A stretch of DNA of 64,000 bases from Amoebidium appalachense (lineage: Eukaryota; Protista; Ichthyosporea), in assembly GCA_963693365.1 (NCBI GenBank), contig CAVNZM010000012.1, positions 6,584,889 to 6,648,888 on the forward strand. Reading direction: 5' to 3'. The notes under the pieces are model-generated. The model saw nothing but the letters and a program-made list of their open reading frames with translations, ran no database searches and was not told where the DNA came from. Positions 60,597 through 64,000 of this stretch are shown here, one piece after another. Positions within the stretch are counted from its first letter, which is position 1. Every line of letters starts with the position of its first letter. The position numbers and the translations under genes were made by a program.

Positions 60597-63500
60597 TCAA
60601 ACCTGATCGTCTCTCCACGAACGCTGAGGCCTGTTCTCATAAGCCATGGCCCATGGCACCCGTTCCTTCCCGTACCCAGCAATCTTGGCCTGGTGCGCCT
60701 TGGGCATACCTTTGCCCAAACGCCAGTCCGCAAAGTCTTTAGCTTTGGCATGGTACGACCGCGCACCAGCCTTTGCCTTGCTGCCGCCGCAGTTTTTGCG
60801 GTAGTACGGCCGACGGATGTCGTCATCATTGTACCGGCGTTTGTTGTTGCTGGGCACCTTCGGCTGCCCATCGCGGTTGTCGGATTCGTAGTAGTCAGTA
60901 CCTGCTGCTTGTGTGTTGGTTTGTGTCAGTCTGGACCACATGGCCTCTCCCGTATGCGAGATGGGTTTCTGGTTATCACTTGCGGACTGATCACCAGGAT
61001 TCTGGCTGTTGGCCCCTTCCGCTTGGCTCCCCCCGTTACCTCCTCCCGAATTTGGGTTGGGACCATATTCGGCGTCGCGAGAATTGTCGTCGCCACGGCC
61101 GTTTGCAATACCGTCCTCCCAGTCGTCGTAGTCTGGATCATTGGCATTGTTGGGCCCATCGCGGTTGTCGGACTCGTAGTGGCTTTGACTGTCGGTATTT
61201 GCCATCCCTGGCTCTTCCGTCTGCGAGTTGGGGTTCTGGTCATTATTGCTGGACTGGTCACCCGGGTTGCTGTTGGCCCCTTCGGCTTGGCTCCCCCCAT
61301 TACCTCCCGATCCGCGGTTGGTGTTGTACTCGGCATCGCGAGAGTTATCGTCACCACGGCCATTCATAATCGCATCATCCCAGTCGTCGTAGTCTGGATC
61401 ATTGGCGTTGTTGGGATTCCCGTCGCTATCGTCGTCGGCCTCGTAGCTGCCTGAGGAGCCGGATGCCTGTGTTGAGCCTGTCTGTCCGGACCCCGTCGGC
61501 AGATCACTGGAAGGTTTCTGGTTATCACTTGAACCTTGATTCTGGCTGTTGGCCCCTTCAGCTTGGCTACCACCATTACCCCCCGAACTTGATTCGCGGT
61601 TAGCGTTATATTCGGCGTCACGGGAATTGTCATCGCCGCGGCCGTTTGCGATAGCGTCCTCCCAGTCGTCATAGTCTGGATCATTAGCATTGTTGGGCCC
61701 ATCGCGGTTGTCGGACTCGTAGTGGCTTTGACTGTCGGTATTTGCCATCCCTGGCTCTTCTGTCTGCGAGTTGGGGTTCGGGTCATTATTGCTGGACTGG
61801 TCGCCCGAGTTCTGACCGTTGGCCTCTTCTGCTTGGTTCCCGCCATTATCTCCCTGACCCGACGATCCGCTGCTGTCGCCGGAATTGTCCTCCACAGACG
61901 TAGCGGGACCTAGCTGTATCCCTGGGCCAAGGTGAAGGCCATTGATGATAGCATCGATGTTGGCAGGCGGCCCATGAACCGGTTGTGAGGACCCACCGGA
62001 AATCGACACTGTGTTCCCACTGAACCCTCCGGAATGGTTGTCGACCATGCCGCCATGCGACGAGTAAGGGTTGCTCATCGCTCCAGAAGCTGCTCCCTGT
62101 TGGAGTGCAGACTTACGCTCACTCCACAATATGTGTATGTTAGCTTTACAATTGGTTCCGTGTACACAGACACACGCTGACACTCGATCACCACATGCAC
62201 ATCTGCATAGTTGAGGAATGTTGCCAATTGTGTTTTGACTGCAAACGATTGGTTCACTGGTCCCAGAGATCTCTAAATGAAAGTAACCAATCCGATTAGC
62301 GCCTGGCATCCGGATTACATTCCAGACTGCTGCCCCACGGGTATATAAGCCACGTCTCTGCCAGGTGCAGACATGGAGTTGAGTCATGGAGTAAAGACAT
62401 GGAGTTCAGTCATGGAGTTAACACACTGAAAGCAGTAAAAAAACGGGTCAGCGCCCAAGCGCGCCACGACGAGGGCCTAGTCACAGCGGACTCTACTTCC
62501 AACAGGGTTATGGGCCCAGACACGACACCGCGGCCTCTAACTTCACGTCCCCTACGACGCCTTGAACGGAGGAGCCAGAAACCGACTTCTAGGCTGTACC
62601 CTACACCCGCGAGCGTATTTCCGTGAAGTAGAGACTTTCGCTTCCACAAACTCCATCCGCAGCAGCCTGCGACATCAACGTCAAGTATTCCACTTCATTG
62701 GCGGGGCACGCACCACAGTGGAATGCACACCCCGGTCTACCCTGCAAGCAGCCACACTCACTCTCTCTTCTCTACAGTGGTGTGTACACTTCTCCAATTG
62801 GGTAGGGGTGTTGGAGTGCAGACTTACGCTCACTCCACAATATGTGTATGTTAGCTTTACAATTGGTTCCGTGTACACAGACACACGCTGACACTCGATC
62901 ACCACATGCACATCTGCATAGTTGAGGAATGTTGCCAATTGTGTTTTGACTGCAAACGATTGGTTCACTGGTCCCAGAGATCTCTAAATGAAAGTAACCA
63001 ATCCGATTAGCACCTGGCATCCGGATTACATTCCAGACTGCTGCCCCACGGGTATATAAGCCACGTCTCTGCCAGGTGCAGACATGGAGTTCAGACATGG
63101 AGTTCAGTCATGGAGTTCAGACATGGAGTTCAGTCATGGAGTTCAGTCATGGAGTTAACACACTGAAAGCAGTAAAAAAACGGGTCAGCGCCCAAGCGCG
63201 CCACGACGACCCTAGTCACAGCAGACTCTACTTCCAACACTCCCGTCGCCAACCCTCCCAGGGCGGCAGCTCCACCCGCAACGGCGGCTCCGATTGCCGG
63301 AGCAACTATCATGATAACCTTTTTCTCCGGTTGTTTGGCCCCGCGGAAGTCGCGTGCTGCCACCGTGGCTTCCTCGTAGTCATCAGCCCCGCAGGTCTCA
63401 GCCACACAGCGGCTGTGCATCCGCTTCAGCAGACGCCCCGACCGGCCCTTTGCCAGCAGCTGGTCGTGCGTGGCGCCACACAGGCGCACGCAGTAGTCCT

Positions 63501-63675
63501 CGTCTCGGTCGCAGCGGCTGACGCAGCGACGAACACCGCTGCGGCCTTTGGCTGCTGTCGAAAAGTCCGCTGACTGGGTCTCGCGTTCGCACAGGTCGGT
63601 GCACGTCAGCCCGGCGGAGAGCGTGGCGACGGCCAGCAGCGCTGACAGCACCCAAAGGACGGCGGTCTTCCCCAT
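60597..63675 (-). pseudogene. Paralogue 2 of the secreted repeat protein (643 aa if restored), interrupted by an LTR mini-element
   Basis: 63675-63240 encodes the signal peptide and Cys domain, nearly identical to paralogue 1. 62092-60597 encodes AASGAMSNPYSSHGG...repeats...stop. Removing the element and one TSD gives an uninterrupted 1932-nt frame. Confidence 0.88.
62098..63239 (+). mobile_element. Non-autonomous copia-type LTR mini-retrotransposon (TRIM-like), 1142 bp
   Basis: LTRs 62098-62504 and 62809-63239 (TGTTGGA...TCCAACA), 5-bp TSD CTCCC, PBS GGTTATGGGCCCAG at 62506-62519, PPT GGGTAGGGG at 62800-62808, TATATAAG in each LTR, and a 304-bp non-coding interior. Confidence 0.95.
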
Positions 63676-64000
63676 GTTCAGCGGCTTAACACGTTAGTGT
63701 AGGCATATGTTCTGCACGCCTGGTTATTACCTCCTGCACCCACTTCCTGCGCCGCGGCACAAATTCGCTATTTTTTATAACTAAAAACCGCCCGCCTCCT
63801 AGAAGATGGTCGTCACCCACCAGCAGACTGCATGTGCATGCAGACTGAGCGCGCCGATGTGTATGTAGCCAAGGCTTACCTATTGTATCTGCCTATCTGA
63901 GTTCGATTCCAAAGTTTTAACGCGGCTTGCTTTGAAGACTCAAATTATGCCAGGCCGAGGGGTCTAATGAGCTTTGAAAGTCACTACTGAAACATGTACT

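Noticed and set aside
60546-61454. 302-aa plus-strand ORF and other overlapping ORFs
   Set aside because: They are antisense or off-frame shadows of the repeat-protein gene.

Overview
Eukaryotic genomic window with GT-AG introns and very dense poly-C/poly-G, (CA)n and (GA)n tracts. A unicellular holozoan or fungus-like protist such as an ichthyosporean is my guess, not something the sequence proves. Most entries in the ORF track are translated microsatellites. Supported genes: (1) the last three coding exons of a glucosamine-6-phosphate deaminase; (2) a 3-exon secreted GH19 chitinase with a CBM1-like domain and Thr-rich linker; (3) a small secreted-protein ORF between two MITEs; (4) a 12-exon, 428-aa vacuolar Ca2+/H+ exchanger (CAX/VCX1 family) on the minus strand; (5) two convergent paralogues of an unrecognised secreted modular protein (CX3C domain, hydrophobic Gly/Ala peptide, acidic NGR/RGD repeats, basic tail), one of them interrupted by a young copia-type mini LTR element. 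Mobile DNA: a decayed non-LTR retroelement carrying a 40-bp hairpin insertion with 8-bp TSD, piggyBac-like, PIF/Harbinger and Tc1/pogo-like MITEs, a 2.85-kb TIR element nested in a dispersed repeat, and local direct and inverted segmental duplications. The best candidates for new biology are the secreted RGD-repeat family, the stacked acceptor-plus-exon-start duplications in two genes, and the possible chitin-utilisation gene pair.
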